A DNA stretch of 64,000 bases from an uncultured Candidatus Saccharibacteria bacterium (GCA_964459225.1 CAYWKB010000001.1:116140-180139), one strand, 5' to 3'. Counted from the stretch's first letter, positions 46,025 through 56,574 are shown. Numbers and translations: made by a program. The notes: generated from the sequence alone by a model not told the origin.

Positions 46025-47251
46025 TTATTTTACTATCACCTTAACAAATCTCTTTTTGCCGATTCTTAAAGTTATACTGTTAGTTACCTTAAAATATGGG
46101 TCTGTAACTAATTGATCTGTTTCCATTATTGAGACAGCATTGCCCTCTATCAATCTTTTCCAATCACTATTTGAACTCACAATATTTGAACCTATAAGTG
46201 CATCCTTAATAATTGAATCTCTTTCTAGTATTATTTCGACAGCTGATTCTGGTATTTCGCCCTTGCTGAATTTCTTTTCAAATAATTCATGTGCTTTATC
46301 TGCCTTACTTTCATCAAAAAGCATTTTGACAATTTCTTTTGCAAGCATTACTTTAAATTGTTTTGGATTTTCGCCTTGTTCTATTTTATTTTTAATTTCA
46401 AATATCTTTTCATTTGATATATCAGTGACTATTTCAAAACCTGGAATAATCAAATTGTCATCCCAGCTCATTACCCTACCAAATACATCTTCAAAACTTT
46501 GATCGAAGCTTACCGCATTACCATCTGTCTTACCCATTTTTTTGCCTGTATTGTCTGTTAGGAGTTTGGTTGCTAGGACAAATTTTTCTTTATTTTTAAT
46601 TGTTTTCATCAAATCCCTTCCGGTTAACATATTGAATGTTTGATCATTCCCACCAAGTTCACCGTCTACATCCATAGCAACTGAATCATATCCCTGCATA
46701 AGGGGATACATGAATTCATGAATAAAGATTGGTTTATTTTCCTGTACCCTCTTGTCGAACATATCTCTCTTTAACATTTGATCTACAGTCATCTTTGAAG
46801 CAAGATTTAAAACATCTTCAAAGTTCATCTTTGATAACCATTCTGAATTAAATTTCATCAATGCTTTATTTGTTCCTGAAAAAGAAATAAATTTTGATGC
46901 TTGATCTTTGTATTTTCTGCAATTATCTAGTACTTGATCTCTTGTTAAAACTTTTCTTGTAGCACTCTTATCTGTTGGATCGCCTATCATGGCGGTAAAG
47001 TCTCCAATAAGTAGTATTATTTGATGTCCTAATTTTTGTAATTGTGAAAGCTTTTTTAATGGAATCAAATGACCTAAATGCAAAGTTGGCCCAGTTGGAT
47101 CAATACCTAAATAAAAAGTTAGTCTTTCACCCTTAATTAATTTACTTTTAAGAAAATCTTTATTAGGAAACACAGCTTCAACTCCCCTATTTAGGAAATT
47201 GTCTATCTGCACTTCATCAGTTATCACTTTTGTTTTGTTAAAATTAAACAT
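46025..47251 (-). CDS. tyrS: tyrosyl-tRNA synthetase
   Basis: LGIDPTGPTLHLGH (HIGH), KMGKT (KMSKS variant), C-terminal S4-like domain. 408 aa. Confidence 0.9.
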   Translation of the reverse strand: MFNFNKTKVITDEVQIDNFLNRGVEAVFPNKDFLKSKLIKGERLTFYLGIDPTGPTLHLGHLIPLKKLSQLQKLGHQIILLIGDFTAMIGDPTDKSATRKVLTRDQVLDNCRKYKDQASKFISFSGTNKALMKFNSEWLSKMNFEDVLNLASKMTVDQMLKRDMFDKRVQENKPIFIHEFMYPLMQGYDSVAMDVDGELGGNDQTFNMLTGRDLMKTIKNKEKFVLATKLLTDNTGKKMGKTDGNAVSFDQSFEDVFGRVMSWDDNLIIPGFEIVTDISNEKIFEIKNKIEQGENPKQFKVMLAKEIVKMLFDESKADKAHELFEKKFSKGEIPESAVEIILERDSIIKDALIGSNIVSSNSDWKRLIEGNAVSIMETDQLVTDPYFKVTNSITLRIGKKRFVKVIVK

Positions 47252-47305
47252 CTTTTTGTTTGATTATTACTATGTAATGTAACATATTTATGATAAAATT
47301 TCTAA

Positions 47306-49855
47306 ATGTCTCATAAGAAAAGCTTTTTTAAATCTTGGAAATGGAAAGTTTTGAAACCTCTTATATTACTTTGCATATCCTTGGTATTTATTGTGTCTGG
47401 TATGGGTATTATATGGTTTGCAACACTTAAAACACCTGATTTAAGTGTTTTTGAAACAAGAAAAGTCGCTCAATCAACTAAAATTTTTGATAGAACGGGT
47501 CAAGTGCTTTTGTATGATGTTCATAGCGATGCAAAAAGAACAGTAATACCTTTTGAAGATATTTCTAAAAAAATAAAAGACGCGACAATAGCAATCGAAG
47601 ACCTTGAATTTTATACCCATAAGGGTATTAAGCCTACCGCTATACTTAGAGCGATTATTTCAAATCTTACTCCTGGTTCTGGACTTACCCAGGGTGGATC
47701 AACAATAACTCAACAAGTTATTAAAAATTCAATACTTACAAAAGACAAGACAATCACTCGTAAACTTAAAGAGTGGATTTTAGCTGTAAAACTCGAAAAG
47801 GTTTTGTCTAAAGATCAAATATTAAACACATATTTAAATGAAAATCCATACGGAGGAAGTATTTATGGTGTAGAAGAAGCAAGTAAAACATTTTTTGGTA
47901 AATCAGCTAAAGATGTGACATTAGCTGAAGCGGCATATATCGCAGCAATTCCACAGGCACCTACATTTTATTCTCCCTATGGTGCAAATAAAGACCGTTT
48001 AGATATAAGGAAAAACCTTGTTCTACAACAAATGAAATCAAATGGCTTTATTAATGAAGATGAATACAAAAAAGCTTTAGCCGAAAAGGTTGTATTTTTA
48101 GAAAAAAACACATCAGGAATCAGAGCTCCCCATTTTGCTCTATATGTAAAAGATTATTTAGTTAAAAAATATGGCGAGGATATGGTTGAGGAAGGTGGAT
48201 TAAAAGTTACAACAACTCTTAACTACACAATGCAAGAAAAAGCCGAAAAAGTAGTTAAAAATTTTTCTAAGACATTAGAAAACTCTTTCAATGCAAGTAA
48301 TACTGCAATGATTGCAATTGATCCAAAAAGTGGAGATATACTTACAATGATTGGTTCTCGAGATTATTTTGAAAAAGGATATGGAAATTTCAATATAACA
48401 ACAGCTTATAGACAACCTGGGTCTACATTTAAACCTTTTGTTTATGCAACTGCATTTATGAAGGGCTATACGCCAGAAACAATGCTTTTTGATGTTAAAA
48501 CTGAATTTTCTTCACAATGTACACCAGACGGCAAACCTAAAAATCCAAAGCCAAATCCAGAGGATGACAAAAAGACATGTTATTCACCAGACAATTATGA
48601 TGACTTATTTGAAGGGCCAGAAACAATGCGAACGGCTCTTGCCCATTCAAGAAATGTTCCCGCAGTTAAAACCCTTTATCTTGCTGGAATCCCTGAATCA
48701 ATAGATACAGCTGAGGCAATGGGTATTACAAGTCTTAAAGATCCAAATAGATATGGTTTAACTTTAGTTTTGGGAGGTGGTGAAGTTTCTTTATTAGAAT
48801 TAACTAGTGCATACAGTGTTTTTGCAAATGACGGTATAAGAAATCCATATAGATCTGTACTTAAAGTTGAAGATAGTAAAGGAAATGTATTAGAAGAAGC
48901 AAAACTCGATCCAAATCAAGCAATACCAAGTGAAGCAGCAAGACAAATTAACGATATATTATCTGATCCAAAAGTAAGACTTAATAGTATTTCATCTGTT
49001 GTAGATAATTTAAATAAACCAGTAGCAGTAAAGACAGGTACAACAAATGATTTTAAAGATGTTTGGATTGAGGGATATACACCAAATATTGCCGTTGGTG
49101 CCTGGGCAGGTAAAAATGACAATACACCAATGGAAAAAAAGGTAGCCGGAGTAATCATAACTCCTGTATGGGGTGCTTTTATGGCTGAAATAAACGATAT
49201 GATTGAAAAAGAAAGCTTTAAAAAGCCAGAGGAAATATCATCTGATATAAAACCTGTACTTAGAGGTATATGGCAAGGTGGCATTTCATATAAAAAGGAT
49301 ACTGTATCAGGTAAATTAGCTACTCAATTTACCCCACCAGAAACAACTCAAGAAGTATTATTTAATAATGTTCACACAATACTACATTGGCTTGATAAAG
49401 ATAATCCAAATGCAGTATTTAATGGTGATCCTAAACAAGATTCACAATATGAAAACTGGGAATACGGCGTAAGGAAATGGTTCGATGAATGGAGATTAAA
49501 AAATCCAACTTTTGTTGAAAGCACTAACATAACAATACCAAAAGAAGTTGATGATATTCATACCGAAGCAAATACACCAAAGATATCTCTTACATTAAAC
49601 AAAAAGGATACAATGTATGATTTAAATTCTCAGATAATAATAGGAATAAACCTTATTGGAAAATATCAAATTAGAAAGACTGATTTATATATAAACGGTA
49701 AATTTATACGTAGCGAAGAAAGGGATCCAAAAAATATAGTGTTTTATCCAAGAGATATAGAAGGTATTCAAAACAATAACAGTGTTAAGGTAATAGTTTA
49801 TGATACATCATTCAATAGATCTGAGGCTTCAGTAGATATTCAGGTTATTAAATAA
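47306..49855 (+). CDS. class A penicillin-binding protein (transglycosylase + transpeptidase), PBP1A-like
   Basis: N-terminal TM; GT51 motifs (EDLEFYTHKG, GGSTITQQ); transpeptidase STFKPF (SxxK), SRN, KTGTTND. 849 aa with an extra C-terminal domain. Confidence 0.9.
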   Translation: MSHKKSFFKSWKWKVLKPLILLCISLVFIVSGMGIIWFATLKTPDLSVFETRKVAQSTKIFDRTGQVLLYDVHSDAKRTVIPFEDISKKIKDATIAIEDLEFYTHKGIKPTAILRAIISNLTPGSGLTQGGSTITQQVIKNSILTKDKTITRKLKEWILAVKLEKVLSKDQILNTYLNENPYGGSIYGVEEASKTFFGKSAKDVTLAEAAYIAAIPQAPTFYSPYGANKDRLDIRKNLVLQQMKSNGFINEDEYKKALAEKVVFLEKNTSGIRAPHFALYVKDYLVKKYGEDMVEEGGLKVTTTLNYTMQEKAEKVVKNFSKTLENSFNASNTAMIAIDPKSGDILTMIGSRDYFEKGYGNFNITTAYRQPGSTFKPFVYATAFMKGYTPETMLFDVKTEFSSQCTPDGKPKNPKPNPEDDKKTCYSPDNYDDLFEGPETMRTALAHSRNVPAVKTLYLAGIPESIDTAEAMGITSLKDPNRYGLTLVLGGGEVSLLELTSAYSVFANDGIRNPYRSVLKVEDSKGNVLEEAKLDPNQAIPSEAARQINDILSDPKVRLNSISSVVDNLNKPVAVKTGTTNDFKDVWIEGYTPNIAVGAWAGKNDNTPMEKKVAGVIITPVWGAFMAEINDMIEKESFKKPEEISSDIKPVLRGIWQGGISYKKDTVSGKLATQFTPPETTQEVLFNNVHTILHWLDKDNPNAVFNGDPKQDSQYENWEYGVRKWFDEWRLKNPTFVESTNITIPKEVDDIHTEANTPKISLTLNKKDTMYDLNSQIIIGINLIGKYQIRKTDLYINGKFIRSEERDPKNIVFYPRDIEGIQNNNSVKVIVYDTSFNRSEASVDIQVIK

Positions 49856-50110
49856 TTATTTTATATCAAAGACTTTTTCACCTATTGATTTTGATATTTT
49901 ACTTATTAAACTACCCTTTTTAATAAAAATCTCATTTTTAAAACTCTGATTTCCTTTAATTGTTATAGTTCCATTTTTAATTGATATATCTTTTATATCT
50001 ATATTTTGTTTTGTTAATTCAAAAATCACATTACATATTAATTCTCTTTTTTTTAATTCTTTAATAGCAATATTGTTGAATTTATTAAAAAATTTTCCTA
50101 TATCTTGCAT
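49856..50110 (-). CDS. small protein downstream of dnaN, possibly DUF721/DciA-like
   Basis: 84 aa. The ...NGTITIKGNQSFKNEIFIKKGSLISKI pattern loosely resembles the DUF721 core. Its position right after dnaN matches where DUF721 genes sit. Confidence 0.3.
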   Translation of the reverse strand: MQDIGKFFNKFNNIAIKELKKRELICNVIFELTKQNIDIKDISIKNGTITIKGNQSFKNEIFIKKGSLISKISKSIGEKVFDIK

Positions 50111-50111
50111 A

Positions 50112-51218
50112 TTATCTATTCATTGGCATTACTAAGTATCTAAATGAAGTGTCTGATACTGGAACTATAATAAGTGGTCTGTTTAAGCCGTTGAATATTA
50201 GATTTATACTATCTGAATCAATTGATTGAAAACAATCTATAATATATTTGTAATTAAAATTAATATCTATATCCTCCCCTGTTATATTTGCATCTAAACT
50301 TGTTGTATTTTCACCTATATCGTTATTTTTGGTTCTTATTTCACATTTACCAATTGATTTCATTACTTTTATATTGATTTGATTAAATTTATCAGAAAAA
50401 ATATTTGATAACTTTAATGTATTAACAAAATCTTGTTTTAAAATAATAACTTCAGTACTACTTGTCTTTGGTATTATTTGTTTGTAATCAGGAAATGTTC
50501 CATCAACAACTCTTGAAATCATATAGATACCGTTGTGACTAAATGATATTTGGTTTTTATCTAGATTTACTGTCACATCATCGTTTATAGACTCAAGTAC
50601 TCTTATAATATCTGGGATATTTTTGTGTGGAATTAATATTTGTCCAAAATCCTTACTTTTTTTAATTTTAACCTTTTTTTCTGCAAGCCTAAATGAATCT
50701 GTTGCAACAAAGACCACAAATTCCCCATCGCAATATATATAAACACTTGATAATTCTGGTTTAATACTTGAAATTGATGAGCTGTACCAAACTGATTTTA
50801 ATCCTTTTACAAATTCTAGTGAATTCATTGTAAAAGTATTTTCACTTTCTACTTTTGGAATACTTGGAAAGTCTTCATGAGACAATGTTTTAATTGTTCC
50901 AGAATTGCGTGTGGTGCTTACTTTTAAATTTCCTTGAGACATTGAGAGGTTAACCCCCTTATCATCGCTTGTGGCGTTAATTAGGAATGAATTAATGGTA
51001 GTACTTGGTACCGCTACTATACCTGTTTCATTTGTTTTAACTGGAATGGTTATTTCGATACCTAAATCAAGATTTGTTGCTTTGATAGTTAATTGATTTT
51101 TAACTGATGCATCAAAAAGTAAGCATGACAGTACTGGTAATGTCATATGCTTATTTGCTATCCTCTCTGTGTATCCGATAGCTTCCTTTAATTTTTCTTG
51201 TACACATTCTATATTCAT
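50112..51218 (-). CDS. dnaN: DNA polymerase III beta subunit (sliding clamp)
   Basis: 368 aa with three-domain length and N-terminal pattern (MNIECVQEKLKEAIGYTERIANK...LPVLSCLLFDA). Immediately downstream of dnaA. Confidence 0.85.
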   Translation of the reverse strand: MNIECVQEKLKEAIGYTERIANKHMTLPVLSCLLFDASVKNQLTIKATNLDLGIEITIPVKTNETGIVAVPSTTINSFLINATSDDKGVNLSMSQGNLKVSTTRNSGTIKTLSHEDFPSIPKVESENTFTMNSLEFVKGLKSVWYSSSISSIKPELSSVYIYCDGEFVVFVATDSFRLAEKKVKIKKSKDFGQILIPHKNIPDIIRVLESINDDVTVNLDKNQISFSHNGIYMISRVVDGTFPDYKQIIPKTSSTEVIILKQDFVNTLKLSNIFSDKFNQINIKVMKSIGKCEIRTKNNDIGENTTSLDANITGEDIDINFNYKYIIDCFQSIDSDSINLIFNGLNRPLIIVPVSDTSFRYLVMPMNR

Positions 51219-51464
51219 TTTAGTTCTTATTTATATATAAATACTTATTGTTATTATTAGTCCTGTGGATATGGTGATAACTCAATTTTAGCATTATTTA
51301 TAGCGTTATTTTATTAATCTATATTGTTAATAACTTTACCCTATAAACTAATAACTTTTACACATGACTGAATTGTTACTTATTTTTACCTGTTTACAAA
51401 CAGAGCTCTCACAAGTTGTTATGCACTTATCCACCGATTTATCCACTGTTTTGTCAACAAATCC
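51219..51464. other. candidate oriC (dnaA-dnaN intergenic) with DnaA boxes and AT-rich DUE
   Basis: DnaA-box matches TGTGGATAt (51263-51271), TTATCCACc (51427-51435) and TTATCCACt (51439-51447). AT-rich tract at 51219-51262. A further box-like tgttgataa lies upstream of dnaA at 52867-52875. Confidence 0.5.
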
Positions 51465-52811
51465 TCACATCATTGCGCGGATTTGACTGATTTCTTCCAT
51501 AAGTACGGTGTCTGTTTTTAGGTCTTCTTTTATCTTGTCACATGAATGTATAACAGTAGTATGATCTCTACCACCAAGCTTATCCCCTATTGATGGGAAT
51601 GATATATTAAAATCCTCACGTAATATATACATAATAACTTGTCTTGGTTTAACTACTTCCTTTTTTCTTGTTTTATCAAAGACACTATCTTCACTTATAT
51701 TATAAAAGTCAGAAATAAGCTTAATAACATCCTTTGTTGATATGTTTTTCTTTTGTTTTGTATTGTTTTTAATTAGGTTTTTGATTTCAAGTAATGATAA
51801 TGGGCGATTTTTTAATTGTGTTTGACAAACAATAGCATTTACAACACCCTCTAACTCACGAACATTACTTTCGATATTTGCAGCAAGGAATTCAAGTATA
51901 TCTGATTTTAAATCTACATTACTCATTAGGCTTTTAGCCTTTAAAATAGCCATTCTTGATTCATGATCTGGTGTTGGAATATCAATAATCATTCCCTGAT
52001 TGAAACGAGATTTCAATCTATCTTCAAGTCCGGGTATAAAGTTTGGGTGTTTATCAGATGAAAACACTAATTGTCTATTTGTTTGGAAGAAAGTTTCAAA
52101 TAAATGGAATAATTCTTCTTGAAATTTTTCTTTATTAGCAAAAAACTGAATATCGTCCATAATAATCACATCATATTTCCTATATTTATCTTTAAATTTC
52201 TGTGTTGTATTGTTTTGTAGTGATGAAAAATATTCAGAACCAAATCTTTCTGATGTTAAATAAAATACTTTTTTCTGAGGAAAATCTTTTTTAATATGAT
52301 TTCCTATTGCCTGTATCAAATGAGTCTTTCCATGTCCTGTATTTCCGTAAATAAATAAAGGATTATATGAAGAGCCTGGATTTTTAACTACTGATCGTGA
52401 TGCTGCATGAGCAAGCTCATTAAATGGGCCAACAACAAAACTATCAAATACATATCTAGGATTTAAATTATCATCTCTATTAACATAAAAATCAGAAAGA
52501 GGCATAGAGATTGTAGGGCTTATTTGAGCCTTCTTTTTTTCCTCTTCCTTTCTCTTTTCTGCATCTTTCACTATTATATATTCCAATCCCCTCACCTGCT
52601 CATTTAACTGTCTTAGTGTTTTAAGTATTGTATTGTGAAATTTCTTATACAACCACTCTTGAATAAATGAATTTGGAACTCCGAGATAAATAACACCGTC
52701 TTCGTTTTTAACTATATATGTTCCATTGAACCAAGTAGAAAAATTTGCTTTAGAAACTGCTAATTCTATATCAACAAGTGCTTTTTCCCATAATTCAATG
52801 TAGTCTTTCAT
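51465..52811 (-). CDS. dnaA: chromosomal replication initiator DnaA
   Basis: NPRYVFDSFVVG, GNTGHGKTHL Walker A, IIMDDIQF, C-terminal DNA-binding domain (RDHTTVIHS). 448 aa. Confidence 0.95.
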   Translation of the reverse strand: MKDYIELWEKALVDIELAVSKANFSTWFNGTYIVKNEDGVIYLGVPNSFIQEWLYKKFHNTILKTLRQLNEQVRGLEYIIVKDAEKRKEEEKKKAQISPTISMPLSDFYVNRDDNLNPRYVFDSFVVGPFNELAHAASRSVVKNPGSSYNPLFIYGNTGHGKTHLIQAIGNHIKKDFPQKKVFYLTSERFGSEYFSSLQNNTTQKFKDKYRKYDVIIMDDIQFFANKEKFQEELFHLFETFFQTNRQLVFSSDKHPNFIPGLEDRLKSRFNQGMIIDIPTPDHESRMAILKAKSLMSNVDLKSDILEFLAANIESNVRELEGVVNAIVCQTQLKNRPLSLLEIKNLIKNNTKQKKNISTKDVIKLISDFYNISEDSVFDKTRKKEVVKPRQVIMYILREDFNISFPSIGDKLGGRDHTTVIHSCDKIKEDLKTDTVLMEEISQIRAMM

Positions 52812-52906
52812 GTGAATAGTATATACTTTTTTAAAAATTGCAAAACTTGTAAAAAGTTTATAAACATGTTGATAAGTTGTTAATAATGATATATACTGTT
52901 TTCACT

Positions 52907-53041
52907 ATGTCATTTACATATAAACCAAAGAAAAGAAAGAGAGCAAAGACACATGGATTCCTTGTTCGTTCAAAATCTTCTACAGGACGCAGAGTTTTGA
53001 AAAGAAGAAGAACAAAAGGACGCAAAAAGATCTCTGTGTAA
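52907..53041 (+). CDS. rpmH: 50S ribosomal protein L34 (44 aa; not in ORF track)
   Basis: Hand translation: [44 protein letters not shown]. Classic L34; divergent from dnaA and followed by rnpA. Confidence 0.85.
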   Translation: MSFTYKPKKRKRAKTHGFLVRSKSSTGRRVLKRRRTKGRKKISV

Positions 53042-53053
53042 TAAGCATCAAGT

Positions 53054-53389
53054 ATGTTAAATAAGTCTAAAAGACTAAATACAGCTTCATTTATTAATAT
53101 AATCGAAAAAGGACAGTCATTCCACGGTCCTTTTTTGATTATTAGAGCAAAAAAGAGTGATACTAAGAGTAGATTTGCTGTATCTATACCAAAAAAGGTA
53201 GCAAAAACAGCGGTTTTAAGAAATAAATTAAAAAGAAGAGTATTTAGTATTATTAAAGAGTTAGAATTATCGTTATTACCAAACTTTGAAGTTATTTTGA
53301 TTGCTAAAAACGGTATTGATAAGCTTGATTTTGTTGAATTAAAATCAGAGATTACAAAAATCTTTGTTAAAATAGGTATTTTAAAGTAG
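53054..53389 (+). CDS. rnpA: RNase P protein component
   Basis: 111 aa basic protein with an RnpA-like KLKRRVFSIIKE motif, in canonical rpmH-rnpA-yidC order. Confidence 0.75.
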   Translation: MLNKSKRLNTASFINIIEKGQSFHGPFLIIRAKKSDTKSRFAVSIPKKVAKTAVLRNKLKRRVFSIIKELELSLLPNFEVILIAKNGIDKLDFVELKSEITKIFVKIGILK

Positions 53390-53399
53390 AATACACTCT

Positions 53400-54131
53400 A
53401 TGATTTCATATTTATATAATATTGCTATATTTAAGCCGCTTTATAATGGTTTGATTTTTGTTTTTGATGCATTACCATGGATTGATGCTGGTTTTGCTGT
53501 TATTTTATTTACTATTTTAGTTAGACTTATACTATTCCCTATTTCAAAAAAGGCTACAGTTACTCAAGTAAGAATGAAAGAAATTGAGCCAGAATTAAAT
53601 GAATTAAAGAGAACAATCACCGATAAGCAGCAACAAGCAGTAATGGTTATGGATTTATATAAGAAAAAAGGCGTCAATCCTTTTTCTAGCTTCTTATTAT
53701 TATTTATTCAATTACCTATTATATGGGCTCTTTACTCAATATTTATGAAGTCAGGATTACCTGTTGTTAAAACAGACATTTTATATAGTTTTATAAGTGT
53801 ACCAACTATAGATATGAGTTTCCTTGGTATATTTGATATTGCCAAGAGTAGTATTTTCCTTGCTGTTTGTGCAGCTATTGCGCAGTATCTACAATTACAC
53901 TATTCGTTTTCAGCAAATTCAAAAAATACAAATACAATAGGACAAAATCCAACTCAAGACATGGCGCAAAATATGATGAAAAATATGAAATTTATATTTC
54001 CAATAATGGTATTTTTCATTTCATATAAAATATCAGCAGTGGTTGCTATATATTGGACTATTAGTAGTTTATTTACACTAGGACAAGAGTTGGTGGTAAG
54101 GAAACATATAAGAGATCACAAGCCTATATAA
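53400..54131 (+). CDS. yidC: membrane protein insertase YidC (short form)
   Basis: 243 aa: LFTILVRLILFPIS and QLPIIWALY motifs of the YidC/Oxa1 core. Confidence 0.85.
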   Translation: MISYLYNIAIFKPLYNGLIFVFDALPWIDAGFAVILFTILVRLILFPISKKATVTQVRMKEIEPELNELKRTITDKQQQAVMVMDLYKKKGVNPFSSFLLLFIQLPIIWALYSIFMKSGLPVVKTDILYSFISVPTIDMSFLGIFDIAKSSIFLAVCAAIAQYLQLHYSFSANSKNTNTIGQNPTQDMAQNMMKNMKFIFPIMVFFISYKISAVVAIYWTISSLFTLGQELVVRKHIRDHKPI

Positions 54132-54132
54132 T

Positions 54133-55407
54133 TTAATTGTTTAAATCTAGTGACCAAGCAGTTAAATCTCTTTTGTTAATAAAGTATAGATAATCTTCAT
54201 TTGTATCAAGCGATAAGTCAGTCGCATCTATTATCTTATTTGATAGAGATGTGAGATTTGCAAGCAAATGAACCTCCCCTGTTGCTGTATCTAGATGCCA
54301 TATTTGATCTACAAAACTCACATTACCCTTATACCAATCATCTGGATAGGTGTAATTAGTATTTATTTCATTTGGGACGGCACAATAAACCTCATTTTTT
54401 CTTTTTGTACTCCAGACACATTTATCTGCTATTGTTCTAAATACTATTTCTTGATCTGTATTGTCTTTTGTATTATATATTTTTGTTATTATATTGCCTT
54501 TATCTGTAGATGAATATATTATTTTTGATAAATCTCTATTTGCCTTTGCTACCAATCCTTTTATACCACCTAATACCTTTTTCATTACCCCATTTTTTGT
54601 ATCAATTAAGTAAAAATAACCAGACAATAAAGCACTACTTTTTGTTGTGATACTTACAGTATTTGTCTCCGGCCAATCAAGCACAACTTGTCTAATAGGG
54701 GTTTGTGCTATTTTGATTTTATTTTTCTCATCAAAAGATGATATATAACCTACCCCATTTCCTGATTCAATAGACCAAGTAAATATTCTGTCTCTATTTG
54801 GTGAATTTATTATTTGATTTATGTTTTGAGAAATGTATTTACCCTTAGTTTCATAAGGTGTAACTGTTGTTGATGTGCCAGTAGATCGGAGTTCTGCATA
54901 AAAATTTGTTATTGTATCTGTCTCATCTCTTAGATATCTTGTTACAAATGCATTTAAGTTTTTATTGAAATAACTTTCATATGTTTTAGGTAATGTGGTA
55001 TTTGATATTTTAATAATATCCATTTTTGAACTATTTACCTCATATATATGACCAGTTCCCCTATCTATATATCTAGCTATTGAAGTTGTAGCTGTACTAC
55101 TTGCAGCAAGACCAGAAACAGGCATTGTACTTATCTGTCTTAATGCGGGTATTTTGATTTTACTTTCTACTACAACTTCCTCTTCTACTGTATTTTTAAT
55201 ATCTGTACTTGTACTATTGTTTAAATTAGAGTTATTTGTTTTTGTACTTCTATCAAAAGAAGAAAATCCCTCCCCTACAGTTGTGCCATCTGTATTTACA
55301 ACTGTATCTGGTCCAGTACTCCTTAAATATATATACCAATATACCAAAGCTCCTATAGAGCCTAGTATGAGTATTGATATGATGACAATGAGTATTTTTT
55401 TGAGCAT
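54133..55407 (-). CDS. secreted/membrane-anchored hypothetical protein (S/T-rich linker + large beta-rich domain)
   Basis: N-terminal TM/signal anchor, 424 aa, no motif. First gene of the minus-strand block that ends in T4SS components. Confidence 0.45.
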   Translation of the reverse strand: MLKKILIVIISILILGSIGALVYWYIYLRSTGPDTVVNTDGTTVGEGFSSFDRSTKTNNSNLNNSTSTDIKNTVEEEVVVESKIKIPALRQISTMPVSGLAASSTATTSIARYIDRGTGHIYEVNSSKMDIIKISNTTLPKTYESYFNKNLNAFVTRYLRDETDTITNFYAELRSTGTSTTVTPYETKGKYISQNINQIINSPNRDRIFTWSIESGNGVGYISSFDEKNKIKIAQTPIRQVVLDWPETNTVSITTKSSALLSGYFYLIDTKNGVMKKVLGGIKGLVAKANRDLSKIIYSSTDKGNIITKIYNTKDNTDQEIVFRTIADKCVWSTKRKNEVYCAVPNEINTNYTYPDDWYKGNVSFVDQIWHLDTATGEVHLLANLTSLSNKIIDATDLSLDTNEDYLYFINKRDLTAWSLDLNN

Positions 55408-55408
55408 G

Positions 55409-56572
55409 TTATTTCTTAAGTTTTGCGTTGATTAGCTCCATCTTTCCTATAAGGATATTTTTATACTCAGTTTCAGTAAGACCTGATTTTTTCATCTTAT
55501 CTTTATTATCTATGTCGACTATATAACCATCTAATTTTTTTTGTAGTGACTTAGTGTTATTAATTATGACTCCTCTTGTCTGTGATCCTGTAACTGTTTC
55601 TGTGCCGTGGGTAGATACTAGGTTGTTTAACTCAATCTCATCTCTTATCTGCTCAATATAGAAATCCCTCTGTAATCCAAGTGTTCTTGCTGATTCTGGA
55701 TCGGTTGAAATTATTTCATTGATTTTTTTATTATATGAATTTTGTATTATATTTGGCGTATCTGTTGGGTATTTGCCATCTACAAGGGAGTTTGCTTTTG
55801 AACTATCTACATATGAAAGTATTGATTTATCACTCTGTATTTTTTGATGAATAATATCATTAGCATCTCTGTAGTTATAAGCACCTAAACCTTCTGCTAT
55901 TAATTTGCTTTGCTTTGTGCTAACAATTTTTAATTGATTTTTAGTATTTTCTAGATCTGCTATATATTTTGGTATCGAATCAGCATCTATTTGACCGCTC
56001 TCCATTTTTTCTTCCAATTCCCTTTTCTTTTTTTCGAGTTCAACACGCTGAGCCTCTAACTCATTTACCCCAAGTTGTTTTTCCATCGCTAACTTACTCA
56101 AATCATTTGTTAGTCGATTCCTAAACGCAATCGCATCTTCTGTCCTTATCTCAACCCTCGGTAACTCTGTATTTACCGCCACTAATCTTGGATCTATTGT
56201 CTGTAATATTAGATATGATGCTAATACCATAATCAAACCAATTATTGCATCCCATATTTTTGACTTCCCATCTGATTTTAATGATGGTATTTCACTTGTC
56301 ATGTATTCAAAACCTCCCCAAATAATCATTATCACAGCAAGAAATACTGATAATGCAATTGAAAATCTAAATACATATGAAATATAGTCATCAAATTTGA
56401 TTTTAGGTATTGTTGTACCAAGCACACATGGCTTTCCCCCACTCTCTACACCCTCTATGCATGGAACTGGTTCAAGAAATTTATATGTATCTGATGTTGC
56501 GCTGTTTTGCGCAGAAGAAATGTTCGGTATGAGGACTAATGTTAATGCTATTGTTAAAATAAGTTTTTTCAT
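55409..56572 (-). CDS. signal-peptide protein with two hydrophobic helices plus long coiled-coil C-terminus (pilin/TrbC-like N-terminal architecture)
   Basis: Signal peptide MKKLILTIALTLVLIPNISSAQ, a Cys pair, then two TM helices (FRFSIALSVFLAVIMIIWGGF and IIGLIMVLASYLIL), then a KE-rich coiled coil. Confidence 0.45.
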   Translation of the reverse strand: MKKLILTIALTLVLIPNISSAQNSATSDTYKFLEPVPCIEGVESGGKPCVLGTTIPKIKFDDYISYVFRFSIALSVFLAVIMIIWGGFEYMTSEIPSLKSDGKSKIWDAIIGLIMVLASYLILQTIDPRLVAVNTELPRVEIRTEDAIAFRNRLTNDLSKLAMEKQLGVNELEAQRVELEKKKRELEEKMESGQIDADSIPKYIADLENTKNQLKIVSTKQSKLIAEGLGAYNYRDANDIIHQKIQSDKSILSYVDSSKANSLVDGKYPTDTPNIIQNSYNKKINEIISTDPESARTLGLQRDFYIEQIRDEIELNNLVSTHGTETVTGSQTRGVIINNTKSLQKKLDGYIVDIDNKDKMKKSGLTETEYKNILIGKMELINAKLKK

Positions 56573-56574
56573 AA

